Positions 1 to 12,809 of a stretch of 60,000 nucleotides of DNA are shown in pieces. How positions within the stretch are numbered: the stretch's first letter is position 1; every line of letters begins with the position of its first letter. Position numbers and translations under genes: made by a program. The notes beneath the pieces were generated by a model. That model worked only from the letters and a program-made list of their open reading frames with translations, was not told the origin of the DNA and did not search any database. This DNA comes from Lytechinus pictus (Eukaryota), in assembly GCF_037042905.1 (NCBI RefSeq), contig NC_087252.1, positions 6,450,001 to 6,510,000 of the forward strand, read 5' to 3'.

Positions 1-41
<41 letters not shown>

Positions 42-131
42 CAGTAGTAGCAGTAGTAGTAGTAGTAGTAGTAGTAGAAGTAGTAGTAGTAGTAGTAGTA
101 TAGTAGTAGTAGTAGTAGTAGCAGTAGTAGC

Positions 132-166
<35 letters not shown>

Positions 167-440
167 CAGTAGTAGCAGTAGTAGTAGTAGTAGCAGCAGT
201 AGTAGTAGTAGTAGTAGTAGTAGTATTGTAGTAGTAGTAGTAGTAGTAGTAGTAGTATATTAGTAGTAGTAGTAGTAATAATAGTAGAAGTGGTCAGGGA
301 CTGCGGAACGTAATAGCAATTTTTGGATTTCTTTTACCCCCCCCCCCCTTCTTCTACGCACCTGGGAGCAGTAGTAGCATAGTAGTAGAAGTAGAAGTAG
401 TAGTAGTAGTAGTAGTATAGTAGTAGTAGTAGTAGTAGAG
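1..440. repeat. (AGT)n microsatellite mosaic with an embedded ~80-bp unique unit
   Basis: AGT/AGC triplet runs; the unit aagtggtcagggactgcggaacgtaatagc...cacctgggagc recurs at ~2399-2477. Confidence 0.95.
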
Positions 441-1377
441 CATTTGTAGTAGTTGATAGTAAAGCATCAGTAACAATAGGGCTATATTAGTAGAAGTTGC
501 AGAAAACACAGAAAGAATTAATTATCATTCAAACATATTGGCCTTGCGATAATATCAATATCATACCAATTATTGACAGAGATAAATTGGTATGGACACA
601 GCACAATAATACTTCAAGGTTTTCAAATATTTACCTTGATTTAAGGCCAGGGCAGGGGCGTAGATCACCACAGCAATGTAAAATATCTAGGACAGAGAGA
701 GGATAGAAATGTTGGGAGTATGGGTGCGTGTGTGTGAGGGTGTGAGGGTGTGTGTGTAGGGGTGGGGGTGGGGAAGGTCTATGATTGTGTCACATGCATG
801 GGTAGGTCCTTCAGGTCTTAATGGTTAAGCCTAAACTAGCGCGAGAATATTAAAAAGATAAGCAATTTGAATAGGATGAAATAATGATAATAATAATGAT
901 AATAATGATGATGATAATAATAATAATAATTGATAGTAATAATGATGATAATATAGTGTAGTAATATTGCGCACATATCGACCTTGTTAAGTTGAATTGA
1001 ATTATAATTTTTTTTTTAAATGAAAAAACAATTGAGTAAACTTGAACATCAAAACTGGATTGATTGAAATGAATTGGAATGAAAGGGAAAATTTGAATGA
1101 ACTTAAATGGAAAATCAATTTGCTTATCATTAGGTTGAATTGAATTATATAGAATAAAAAAATGAAATGAAAAACAATTGAGAAAAATTGAATGAAGGTG
1201 GAAAAATGAAATAGATTGAAATGAAATGAAAAGGAATGCAATGGAATAGAACTGAATGAAGTTGAATGAAATACAATAAAACAAAGTTGATTGATATGAT
1301 TTCAATGGAAAGGAAATTAATTTAAATGGAATCAAAACATATATGGAATAAGATAGGATTCGATGATGTTATAAAAT
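270..1377 (+). repeat. Local duplication, copy A (empty LINE site)
   Basis: Near-identical to ~2380-2906 joined to 10721-11348. Confidence 0.9.
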
Positions 1378-2199
1378 CGTTCTTAAACTCGCTCTTAAAT
1401 TACGAACAGCTTTATGAAATACCCACCTGGATTTTGATTAGCTGAGAAGCACTGTTACTAATTTTCCAATCTCCTCAAGAATAAGAAGCTACCTAGCCGC
1501 GATTTTGGGGCCGGGGTACTTGCTTTAACGTTAGGGAGCTTTTACTTCTACAATGCACGACGGATTAAAAAACATAGAAAATGTATTGTAAAATGCCCTA
1601 CATGACAATAAACAGTAAAGAAGTCTTTGTCGAAAACTGGTGAATCAAACAGCAGTTTCGTCATGGACTCTGAACAAACGAGATATTTCATCAGCGCCGA
1701 AACTCATGATGAAACTGCTGTTTCGGTTTAACAATTTTCGACAAAGACCTTCCAGCTGTTCATTGTCATTGGACAGGCATTTTCATTACATTTACTGTCT
1801 TCTTGAACTATCCGTGCGTCAGGGAGCGAAAACTCTCTGTAACGTTCATCAATCACAGTTCCCTGAAGTATATCAATTGAACCAAATGACTCGATTGAAT
1901 ACTACAAATATTTGAATTTTCGTGAAAGTCCGTACCTGTCATATTCGTTTACCAACTTCAATATAAATTCATATTGACCTCATATGTCTTAAACCATGGG
2001 CCAATGCTTAAACATATTTGCATAAATCCACAAGTCAGAAAAAATCGTGGACTTCTAGTAGGTCCAAGGAAGAATCCAAACAAAAACCCTTTGAATATTT
2101 CACATGTTGATGTTCTCCTAATTCCTATATCATGTAAATACAATTCATATTCATACCGATTTTAATCATTCTATTGTTGAATATTTCATTTTTAACAAT

Positions 2200-2267
2200 C
2201 ATAGCAAATTTTTGATTTCTTTTACCCCCCCTTCTTCTACGCACCTGGGAGCAGTAGTGGCATAGTA

Positions 2268-2304
<37 letters not shown>

Positions 2305-2493
2305 CAGCAGCAGTAGTAGTAGTAGTAGTAGTATTGTAGTAGTAGTAGTAGTATATTAGTAGTAATAGTAGTAGTAGTAGTAGTAGTAGTAATAGTAAAA
2401 GTGGTCAGGGACTGCGGAACGTAATAGCAATTTTTGGATTTTTTTACCCCCCCCCCTTCTTCTACGCACCTGGGAGCAGTAGTAGAAGTAGAA

Positions 2494-2562
<69 letters not shown>

Positions 2563-2590
2563 TAGTAGTAGTAGTAGTAGTAGTAGAGCA
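2200..2590. repeat. (AGT)n microsatellite mosaic, copy B
   Basis: AGT triplet runs with the same interspersed unit as at 290-370. Confidence 0.95.
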
Positions 2591-5500
2591 TTTGTAGTAG
2601 TTGACAGTAAAGCGTCAGTAACAATAGGGCTATATTAGTAGAAGTTGGAGAAAACACAGAAAGAATTAATTATCATTCAAACATATTGGCCTTGCGATAA
2701 TATCAATATCATACCAATTATTGACAGAGATAAATTGGTATGGACACAGCACAATAATACTTAAAGGTTTTCAAATATTTACCTTGATTTAAGGCCAGGG
2801 CAGGGGCTTAGATCACCACAGCAATGTAAAATATCTAGGACAGAGAGAGGATAGAAATGTTGGGAGTATGGGTGCGTGTGTGTGAGGGTGTGTGTGTGTG
2901 TGTGTGATTAGAGTAAATAGGTCTTTAGTCCTCATTAGCAAGAAAAAAAAAGGACTGGAATGTTGATATTATTGAATAACAGGTATATGCTTAGAGCAGT
3001 AACAAGAAATCATTCCTTCATTATTTATTCATTTCCTTTATTGTGTATGGAATGTAATTGCTTTTTACGTGCAAAGTGCAGGTGTAGTTAACCATTCACG
3101 TGTTTAGGTCTTTCAAGCTTTTTATATCTTTTTGCCCTGATTAGGGCTCTGATGCATAACTCCGGCAAGGCTATCAGTCTTTGGAAAATATTTGTGGAAA
3201 AAAAGGAATGCGATTTGATTAGTAATGTGTCTTAATCAAACTAAATAATACGAGGTTTCAGCTTTACAGCTTGCTTACTCTTTTTTTTTGGAGCATGGAA
3301 TTGATAATGGAATTTATCAGGACAGGATCCCCCCTTAATTTTTTTTGGGGGGATGTTTTGTTTTCAATTATTTTTGTCATCGCAGTGGTTTTTTTTAAAT
3401 GGAAGGTTTATGAATTTGTACCACAATGGCAAATAAAAATATAATGCGCTTTATTTTCAGTGCTAGTTTTTAGTTGTGGTAAAACTGGAATTGAAGAGGA
3501 AGTGGTAAACCAGACGGGTGCAGTGTTTATCAGTCTATTCCTCAATTGCAGGAGGATCCACCCTATTCACGCATTATTTGGTTCCTATAGAATTTAATGT
3601 TGGAAATAGACTTGAGTTCTTTGGATATAATATGTTTGGGTTATTAACTTGGTGTTGGCATATTAGCTATGCATGACCGCCAAGTTAATGGCATGGGAAA
3701 GTGTGGTTGGGTGACTGGCGAATTGTTGCTTTGGATATGTTGGATGTTGAATGAATTTGATTAGAGTAAATAGGTCTTTAGTCCTCATTAACAAGGAAAA
3801 AAAGGACTGGAATGTTGATATTATTGAAAACAGGTATATGCTCAGAGAATAAGAAATCATTCCTTCATTATTTATTCATTTCCTTTGTGTATGGAATGTA
3901 ATTGCTTTTTACGTGCAAAGTGCAGGTGTAGTTAACCATTCACGTGTTTAGGTCCTTCTAGCTTTTTATCTCTCTTTGCCCTGATTAGGGCTCTGATGCA
4001 TAACTCCGGCAAGGCAAGGCTATCAGTCTTTGGAAAATATTTATGGAAAAAAAAGAATGCGATTTGATTAGTTATGCGTCTTAATCAAACTAAAAAATAC
4101 GAGGTTTCAGCTTTACAGCTTGCTTACTCTTTACTTTCGGAGCATGGAATTGATAATGGAATTTATTAGGACAAGCTCCCCCCTTATTTTTTTTTTTTTG
4201 TGGGGGGGGGGGTGTTTTCAATCATTTTTGTCACCGCAGTGGTTTTTGACAAGGAAGGTTTATGAATTGGTATTATTATAATACACTCACTTTAAAGATA
4301 TAGATGTAAAGTTGTAGGGAAATGGTGCATGATTTTCGTTGTTTGATTATCCTTACATCAATGATGTAAGAGATGTTCTAGCTAGTTGCAGCTAGACGGA
4401 TAGTTAGCTGTATAGCCTTTTTCATTTTAGTATGAAGATGAATAATTTAGTAGATCGTTCTCTTTTATGTCATGTTTGCATCTGAGTAAAACCAAGAAGA
4501 GATTTCTTTGAAAAAATCCAAACCCCCACTTTTTTATGCTTGAGTTATAGTACATGAAGTAAAGATGAGAATATTCATTCTGAAACAAATTTAGGCACAT
4601 CGGAAAAGTCTCATTGCAGTTGGTTTTATGGGGGGGGGGGGGTAATTTAGAAAGTAATGGAAAGGTATTTTCTTTTCTACTGTAAACCAGACAGGTGCAG
4701 TGTTAAACAATCAATTCCTTGAATTGCAGAATGATTCATCCTATTCACGCATTATTTGGTTCCTATAGAATTTAATGTTGGAAATAGACGGGAGTTCTTT
4801 GGATATAATATGTTTGGGTTAGGCTTAACTTGGTGTTGGCATATTAGATATGCATGACCTCCACGTTAATGGCATGGGGAAGTGTGGTTGGATGACTGGC
4901 GAATTATTGTGTTGGATATGTTGGATGTTGAATGAATGGGGGTGTTTGGAGTGTGATACTATGAGAGGGCGTGGTTGTATTGTGTTTTGTGTTGCCTGTT
5001 TGCATTTCATGGGTAGTCTTTCATGTCTTTCATTCATTCAGGTTCTGTTGTATTTTTCGGATTGGGTAAAAGTGTATGGATAGAAGGTTATATTTTACTT
5101 TACTCACTTTAAATGTCAGAGGTCTAAGAGACAAGGCTAAAAGAAAAAACATTTTTGAATTTTGCAAAAATAAAGGGAGTAATATTGTGTTTTTACAGGA
5201 AACCTATAGTACGGAAGAGGTTGAAGAGAAGTGGAAATTAGAGTGGAATGGGCCTATATTGTTTAGTCATGGAACGAACCATAGTAGAGGTGTTTCAGTT
5301 CTCATTTCTCCAAATTTAAATATAAAAATGGATAATGTTATTTTTGATGAAAATGGAAGATACGTCGTTATGAAGTTTGAATTTTAACAATCTAAAATAA
5401 TTTTAGTTAATTGTTATTTCCCCACAAGAGATAAGGAGAAGATGCAAATTGAATTTTTAGAGGAACTAGATAAATGTATTTCAAAGCTTTACAGCTCTGA

Positions 5501-5765
5501 AGAAATGATGATTATTGGGGGAGATTTTAATACAATAATGAATGGAGATTTGGATTATTTAGGTCCAAGAATCTTTTATAAAAACAGATTTAACAAGAAA
5601 TTTGATGGATTTTTAGATAGATTCGGTTTAGAAGATATATGGAGGAGGATGAATCCTGAAAAGAAACAATTTACATTCAGGCAAAAATGTCCTATTATGC
5701 AAAGTCGATTGGATTATTGGTTCGGGTCCTCTGCTTTTCAGCATTTAGTTAATGGTTGTGATATT

Positions 5766-6953
5766 TGGGACCTTTCGCAATCCTCACGGACGCTAATATT
5801 AGGGTCCCCTAACACAAAAGTTAACGCTTAATCATACACTTGATTTTTAAGATTGAATGTGCATTATAGTCAATAGAATCAAACGTAGAAAACTTTGTGT
5901 TACAGGGGGGTTACAGGCCCTACAGATCTGCTTTTCGTGTGCAAAATCCTTTTCTGCGACACTCGCACCATACATAGCATGTATATTACGACTGATGGTT
6001 TGAGATATTCGAAATGAAGACCTAAAATAGATTATGACATGGATAAGAAAGTGGTTTTTCAAACAAATCGAGTACATATTGAGTGAGGAAAAACTTACTG
6101 AATGAAGGCTTAGATATAGATCATTACAGTCCATCGAATCGATATTACATTTAATGTGGATTATTGGTGTATCACTGGCAATTGATTTCATGGGTCAGAT
6201 CAACCTCTCCAGCCGAACATTTCGCGTGAGTTGATATGTGCACACCATTATGTAATACATTTGAACTCGTTTCTTTTTGTTTCTTTTGTTTCTTTTGTTT
6301 ATTCCTTCTACACAAACGATATGCCTCTCGCACACGATGTAATGGGCATTATGTTTTACTTCCCCCAGAAATGGGGATTAGATTCAAATTCCGGGGGGAC
6401 CACTTCCATTAATGAGTGGATACCAGGCACGACCATGGGGTTTCGAAAAATACCCTAAACAAGCTGGGAAGTAATTCTTTTCCAGATTATGAAAATGCAT
6501 CTCTTAACAAGAATTTGGCTTGTGAAACCCTACAAGTATTGGATATCCCTTTTTTGTCAGCATTTTAAACATCGTTTTGACACCCTTATAACGTTACATA
6601 GGCCTATACGTAACGTACCTGCCCACTCTGTCCCCTTTTACGCGTGGTCGCTCCTGGGATCCACTAATCAATGGAAGTGGGCCCCCCGGGCGGCCTCTCG
6701 AGCTCTAGGAGGAGTCAAATGTGGCTTTGGAAAGTCGTCCTCAATGAGATATATCGCTGTTACCATAGTAGCAACCAAAATTTTGCACACGAAACGCATA
6801 TTGAATGTTTCCGTCGCAGATGCGAAACGAAAAAAAAATCTCATGTCACACAATTTGCATTGCAGGACGACCATGATGACGGGCCCAAAAAGTCTCTTCC
6901 AAAATCAACTAACGTCGTAAATAAGCGTGCGCGTCCTCAAACGAAAGGTCCGG
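5766..6953. mobile_element. Non-autonomous TIR DNA element inserted in the LINE endonuclease domain
   Basis: Inverted cores GGACCTTTCG (5768) and CGAAAGGTCC (6942-6951); ATT on both flanks (5763-5765, 6954-6956); removal restores NGCDI-VTSITPDH. Confidence 0.8.
6391..6690. mobile_element. MITE nested in the 5766-6953 element
   Basis: Inverted ends ccggggggaccacttccatt...gtggat and atccact...aatggaagtgggccccccgg. Confidence 0.75.
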
Positions 6954-9900
6954 ATTGTAACATCAATAACGCCAGATCATTCGGGCGTTCTGCTTCAATT
7001 AACAAGCAGTGTAGACAAGCCACACTTAGGCAATTCATATTGGAAGTTCAACAATAGTCTGTGCGCAGATCAGGAATTCGTGAATTTATTCAAAGATAAA
7101 ATAGTTGAATTAAAAAAAGAATGGCTCCCGAAAATAGAAGATAAATTATTGTTGTGGGATTTTTTAAAAATGAAAATGAGGGAGATTATTAATAAGTACA
7201 CAAAGAAAAAAGCAAAGCTTAGGAAACATGAAATTGAAAAATTAGAGGAAGATATAAGAAGTTTGGAAATCCACCTATCGACTCAGCCTTCGAGGAAAAT
7301 ACTTGATGAAATGGAGGAGAAAAAGTCTAAATTGAACAGATTGTTTGATTATAGCCGACAAGGTGTAAAAATCCGATCAAGAGCTTTATGGTTTGAGGAA
7401 GGAGAACAAAAAACACAATATTTTGAACAGTTATTAAAATCAAACAAACGGAAAAGTGTAATAAAAGAAATATATGATCAAGGTGAACAGACTATAAAAG
7501 ATAGGAGTGAAATATTGAAGAAGATAAAGTCATTTTACGAAAAATTATATTCATTGAATGAAGTGATTGTAAATGAAAACTCTTTTTTCCTGAAGGATAT
7601 TCCTAAATTATCCAAAGAAAGTCGAGATATTTGTGAAGGTAAAATTACTATTCAGGATTGTTTAAGTGTTTTGAAAGAGATTAAATTTAATAAAACCCCT
7701 GGAAACGACGGTTTTACTGTTGAATTTTATTACACCTTTTGGAATTTATTGGGGGGATTTTTGGTGGAAGTGTTAAATGAAGTGTATAATAGGGGATTAT
7801 TAGCAACTTCACAAAGGCAGGGAGTGATTACACTATTAGAAAAGGAAGGCAAAAACCCTTTATACATTCAAAACTATAGACCAATCACGCTTTTAAATGT
7901 TGATTACAAGATCTTATCAAAGGTACTAGCAAAAAGATTGAAAAAGGTTCTGAATGAGATAATTCATATTGATCAAATAGGGTATGTTGAAAATAGGAAC
8001 ATTGGAGATGGTGTGAGATTAATCGATGATATTTTATTTCAGTCCTCTTTTGGAAATATTGGATATTTGATTACGGTGGACTTTGAAAAGGCTTTTGATT
8101 CTGTTTCCCATGATTTTCTTTTTCAGACTCTTAAATTATTTGGATTTGGCCAGTCTTTCTGTTCTTGGGTTCGTGTTTTATATACAGATATAACTAGTTG
8201 TATTATGAATGGAGGTTATTCCACTGGTTATTTTGATATAAACGAGGGGTAAGACAGGGGGACCCCATTTCTCCTTATCTGTTTTTGCTCTGTATAGAAA
8301 CACTAGCTTTGGCAATAAGAAGAGACGCTCTAGTTGAAGGAATTCAGTTTGGATCTCATGAAATTAAGCAAATATTGTATGCCGATGATATCACTCTGTT
8401 TGTTAAAAATAGCAATTCTGTTAAACGGCTTAAATATCTTTTGGAAGAATTCGAAAAAGTGAGCGGTCTGAAGATAAACAAAGGGAAAACAATTTTTTTT
8501 TGGATGGGAAAAGATCAAGACAGACCTCAAACTCCGCTATTTGGAAATTTGGTTCAGCAAATTAAAATCTTAGGCGTTTATTTCTCTCTAAATGTAATAA
8601 TAAAAGAAGATCTAAACTTCAAAGAGATACTAAGCAAAATAAAAAGACTTTTGGGATGGTGGAAACAAAGGGATCTAACCCTAATGGGTAAAATACAATT
8701 GTTGAAAAGTTATGCATTATCAAAATTAAATTACGTCTCGTCACTTTTAGTTGTTCCTAAGTGGTTGTTCGTTGAGGTGGAACGGATCACTTTTGAGTTT
8801 TTATGGTCAGGTAAAGACCGTATAAAGAGAAACATTATGTATCAGGATTACTCACACGGTGGGTTAAGAATGATGAATTTTAAGTTGTTCATAAAGGCCC
8901 AACGTCTAATGTGGCTGAAACGTCTATTATACGGGGAACGCAATGCTGGGTGGAAATTGTATTTTGATTTCTGTTTTAGATCACTCGGTGGGAGACTGTT
9001 ATTTCTATGCGATTTTGATATTTGCAAATTAACACAGACAATGCCACAATTTTATTCTGAAATGCTGAAGGCTTGGCAAGATATGAGAAAATATAGATAT
9101 ACAAAAGAGGAAGTAAACCCGATTATATTTAATAATAAGAATGTATGTGTAAGAGGTAAAATGATTTTTGATATTGATCTTTATAATAAGGGAATATACA
9201 CTGTAGATCATATTTTTGATAACGGGGTTGTGAGACCTGTGGCTTATTTTCAAAATCTTGGGGTAACCGCAGATGAACTGCTCCACATTATTGATATAGT
9301 ACATGCTATTCCAATTACTTGGAAAAATGCCTATAGCTCTATTAAATTTATAAAGATTGACGATGAGAACTTCAATGTTAATTTGAATATCAGTAAGCTG
9401 GAAACTACTTTTGAGGTGATTAAATCAAAAATGATTTATAGTTGTTTTGTTGAAAATTTACGGGAAACTTATAATTTAACATTGAAAGATAAAAACATTA
9501 ATTTGAATTTTACAGATGTTGAAATGTGTAATAGGCTTGCCCAAACCAGGAGCATAACTTTGATTAGGAAACAAAGAGAATTCCAGTTCTTACTTTTACA
9601 CGGGGCGATTTATACCAAAGAACAGTTATTGAGATTTGGGTATGTTAAAGACAGTTTATGCTCTTTTTGTGGCAGAGAAACTGAATCATACATTCATATT
9701 TTTCTAAATTGTTCCAAGGTAAAACCTTTATGGGAATTTTTCATTAAATATTTCTGTATGTCTGAATTAAGAGATTTAGAATGGAGAGATATACATTTGG
9801 GATTATCTGGAAGTACGAATAGAAATAATTGTGTAAACTGTATAATCTTTTTCATCAAATATGCCATTTTCCAATCCAGAACTAATGGTCAGGTTCCTTC

Positions 9901-12464
9901 CTGCCATAAAATACAAAAATATATTGCGGAACGTAGGGAGGAAGAAAAATGCTTAGCTATAAAATCGGGCAAATTGAGTTTGCATGTAAAGAAATGGGAA
10001 GAACTGAAGGTGAATGAGGCAGTGAATGCAAACAGGTGTGAAGCGTCTGCTGGTGCTGTGAGTATGTAATGGTATGTCCGCGTGTGAATGCGAGTGTGCA
10101 ATGGTATATGTCCGCGTGTGAATGTGAGTGCTTGCTGCCAGGGATGGGGGGGGGGGGGGGGGGTTCCTATCTCCATGGTTAGCAAAATATATGTTTGAGT
10201 AGATCCAAAAAGAAAGAATATTTTGTTTGGGGTGTGGAAAAGGTTTTGTTTGTTTTATTTTGTTGATGTTGTGTTTTGTTTTGTTTTCGTGTGTGCTTTA
10301 TATACAAAATCTTTATTCAGATTATTGTATACTTTCTAAGAATAAACATAGAGACTTTTTTTTTTCTGTATTGTCTTACAAAAGTTGGAGGAATGAATAT
10401 ACATGTATAAGTACTTTTTTTTTATTATGGGATAACCTCTTCACTTAAAAAAGTCTGTACTTTTGATTTTTCATCATACAATACGGTATTATTATACAGT
10501 AAATGCATGTGAAATTACGAGGTTTTTGTTATTGGTATTATGGGTTATGATAATATTTGTTCGAAAAATTTATATCAAGATGTATATTATTTCATATGTT
10601 ATATTGCTGTATAAGTGTACTTCACTTTAATTTGCATACATGTATTTGATTTATTACCCTTGTACATGAAAAATGTAATAGTATCTGAATAAAGGCTAAA
10701 AAAGCAAGAGAAAAAAAAAAGTGTAGGGGGAGGTGGGGAAGGTCTATGATTGTGTCACATGCATGGGTAGGTCCTTCAGGTCTTAATGGTTAAGCCTAAA
10801 CTAGCGCGAGAATATTAAAAAGATAAGAAAATGCAATTTGAATATGATGAAATAATGATAATAATAATGATAATGATGATGATAATAATAATAATAATTG
10901 GTAATAATAATGATGATAATATAGTGTAGTAATATTGCGCACATATCGACCTTGTTTAGTTGAATTGAATTATAATTTTTTTTAATGAAATGTAAAAACA
11001 ATTGAGTAAACTTGAACAGAAAAACTGGATTGATTGAAATGAATTGGAATGAAAGGGAAAATTTGAATGAACTTAAATGGAAAATCAATTTGCTTATCAT
11101 TAGGTTGAATTGAATTATATAGAATAAAAAAATGAAATGAAAAACAATTGAGAAAAATTGAATGAAGGTGGAAAAATGAAATAGATTGAAATGAAATGAA
11201 AAGGAATGCAATGGAATAGAACTGAATGAAGTTGAATGAAATACAATAAAACAAAGTTGATTTATATGATTTCAATGGAAAGGAAATTAATTTAAATGGA
11301 ATCAAAACATATATGGAATAAGATAGGATTCAATTATGTTATAAAATAGAATCAAACGAAGTGAAATTGAAAGGGATGAATGCAATGGCATAAGCTGGAA
11401 TCGAATGAATTTTGATAAAAATAAAATGAAATGAAGATCGTACCACATGAAATCTCATCCTACAGGCCATCGATTGCATTTCATCACACTTATTTAAATT
11501 AAGATATTAATGGAATGACGTCAAAGTCAACATATGTTTTCCTTACCATCGTGACAAAAGCTATGGCAGTCCCGACCAATCGTAGGACTCTGTTAAATCG
11601 AAGTTGAAGGTACTGGAACATTTGATATTAAAAAGGGAAAAAAGGAAAACGTATCAAAATTAGTGTCTTTCCCGTACTTTCGTATTCGACGCCATATTTT
11701 TGCTCAATATGTGTATTAAACAGTTACATCATCATGAAGGTCTATAAGGCACAGACAGTGCGTTTGATTGAATTCATTCAGACTAGACGTGAAATAATTA
11801 GACATGATTATTTATGTCTGAGACCGACCTTTAACGCCACCGTTCTTCCTTCTATCTCTTATTCCCCCCCCCCTTCTCCCTCTCTCTTTGATACTTAAAA
11901 ATAAAATCTGGCGCCCATTCTTATAGCCATCGGGGGCGCTACCTCTGGAAGGAGCTATAAAGTTGGGAGATTTTTTTTTGCTTTAATGTCTTTCTTACCT
12001 CCTCTTGCAAAGTTTGTAGGCCCCCTATACATTTGTGAGTGTGGATGTGATGTTTGAGGTGGGTTGCGTTTTAGCGTTTGAGCATCTGTAGTGTGTGTAT
12101 GCGTGAGACGGTGTGAGTGTGCGTGCGTGACCGTACAAACGTGGGGTTCGCAGAATGCATATTTTCTTTACTCGGCGATCGGGAATGAAGTTATGACCAT
12201 CCTTTTTGATGGAGTCATAACCTTTCAATCATCACGATTTTCAGCAAATGGCGTAGGCCTAATGACATTTTTAAGAATCTGAAACGTTTTGAGGAAGAGA
12301 ATGGAGTGAATAAAAAATAGAACTGTTAAGTAAAAAATTATTTTTTATAATGATTTTTAATATAGTATCCAGATATTTCTTTATAATTTTTTCTCAGTCA
12401 CGGATCTTTTTAAACGATTTTTTCTGGGGGTAGATTTAGGGCTAACATTTTATCATGAACATAC

Positions 12465-12809
12465 CTCATTAGCACTGGTAACTTTCAGTCTTACAAACAC
12501 GGGCATGGTAAGACTTGTGATGCAGCCTGCCACGATGAAAGCACCAGCAAACAACCAGTATCTGGCGCCATAAGCATATACCTCGGCAGGGACCCCTAGA
12601 ATCGTGATAGCTGAAACGAAGCCTGCCACCAAGGAGAAAGCCACTGGTATCGGATTGGCGTTACGACCAGCTAGGAGGTATTCCGTCGCAGTCTTCTGCT
12701 TGCCGCCAGAGCAGGCATAGTAGATCCCAATTAGAGCTGAGATCAGGAGCATCCCAGCCAGGACTACATAATCCCATACTCCAAACCTGATATCCTCCAT
12801 CGTGTCCAT
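12465..12809 (-). CDS. First coding exon of an SLC5 sodium:solute symporter (SLC5A5/6/8/12-like)
   Basis: WDYVVLAGMLLISALIGIYYA..EYLLAGR..PVAFSLVAGFVSAITILGVPAEVY..TSANE followed by a phase-0 donor GAG|gtatgt; no further exon recognised in the window. Confidence 0.9.

Larger units (their letters stand above)
5076..10069 (+). pseudogene. LINE ORF2 (APE endonuclease, reverse transcriptase, C-terminal CCHC), disrupted
   Basis: Motifs LNVRGL, LQET, GGDFN, SRLDY, PDH, KTPGNDG, YRPITLLNVDYKILSK, DFEKAFDSV, RQGDPISP, YADD, CSFC..HIFLNC. Lesions: in-frame TAA at 5385-5387, insertion 5766-6953, 1-nt frameshift near 8240. Confidence 0.95.
2907..10720 (+). mobile_element. L1/Tx1-clade non-LTR retrotransposon, 5'-truncated (no ORF1), inserted in a (GT)n tract
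   Basis: Boundaries set by the empty paralogous site at ~750-760; APE-RT-zinc knuckle ORF2; AATAAA at 10688-10693; A-rich tail ending at 10720. Confidence 0.9.

Noticed and set aside
5076..10069. APOBEC-type hypermutation of neighbouring retroelements
   Set aside because: Only a few lesions are visible and no family consensus is available; no evidence from this window.
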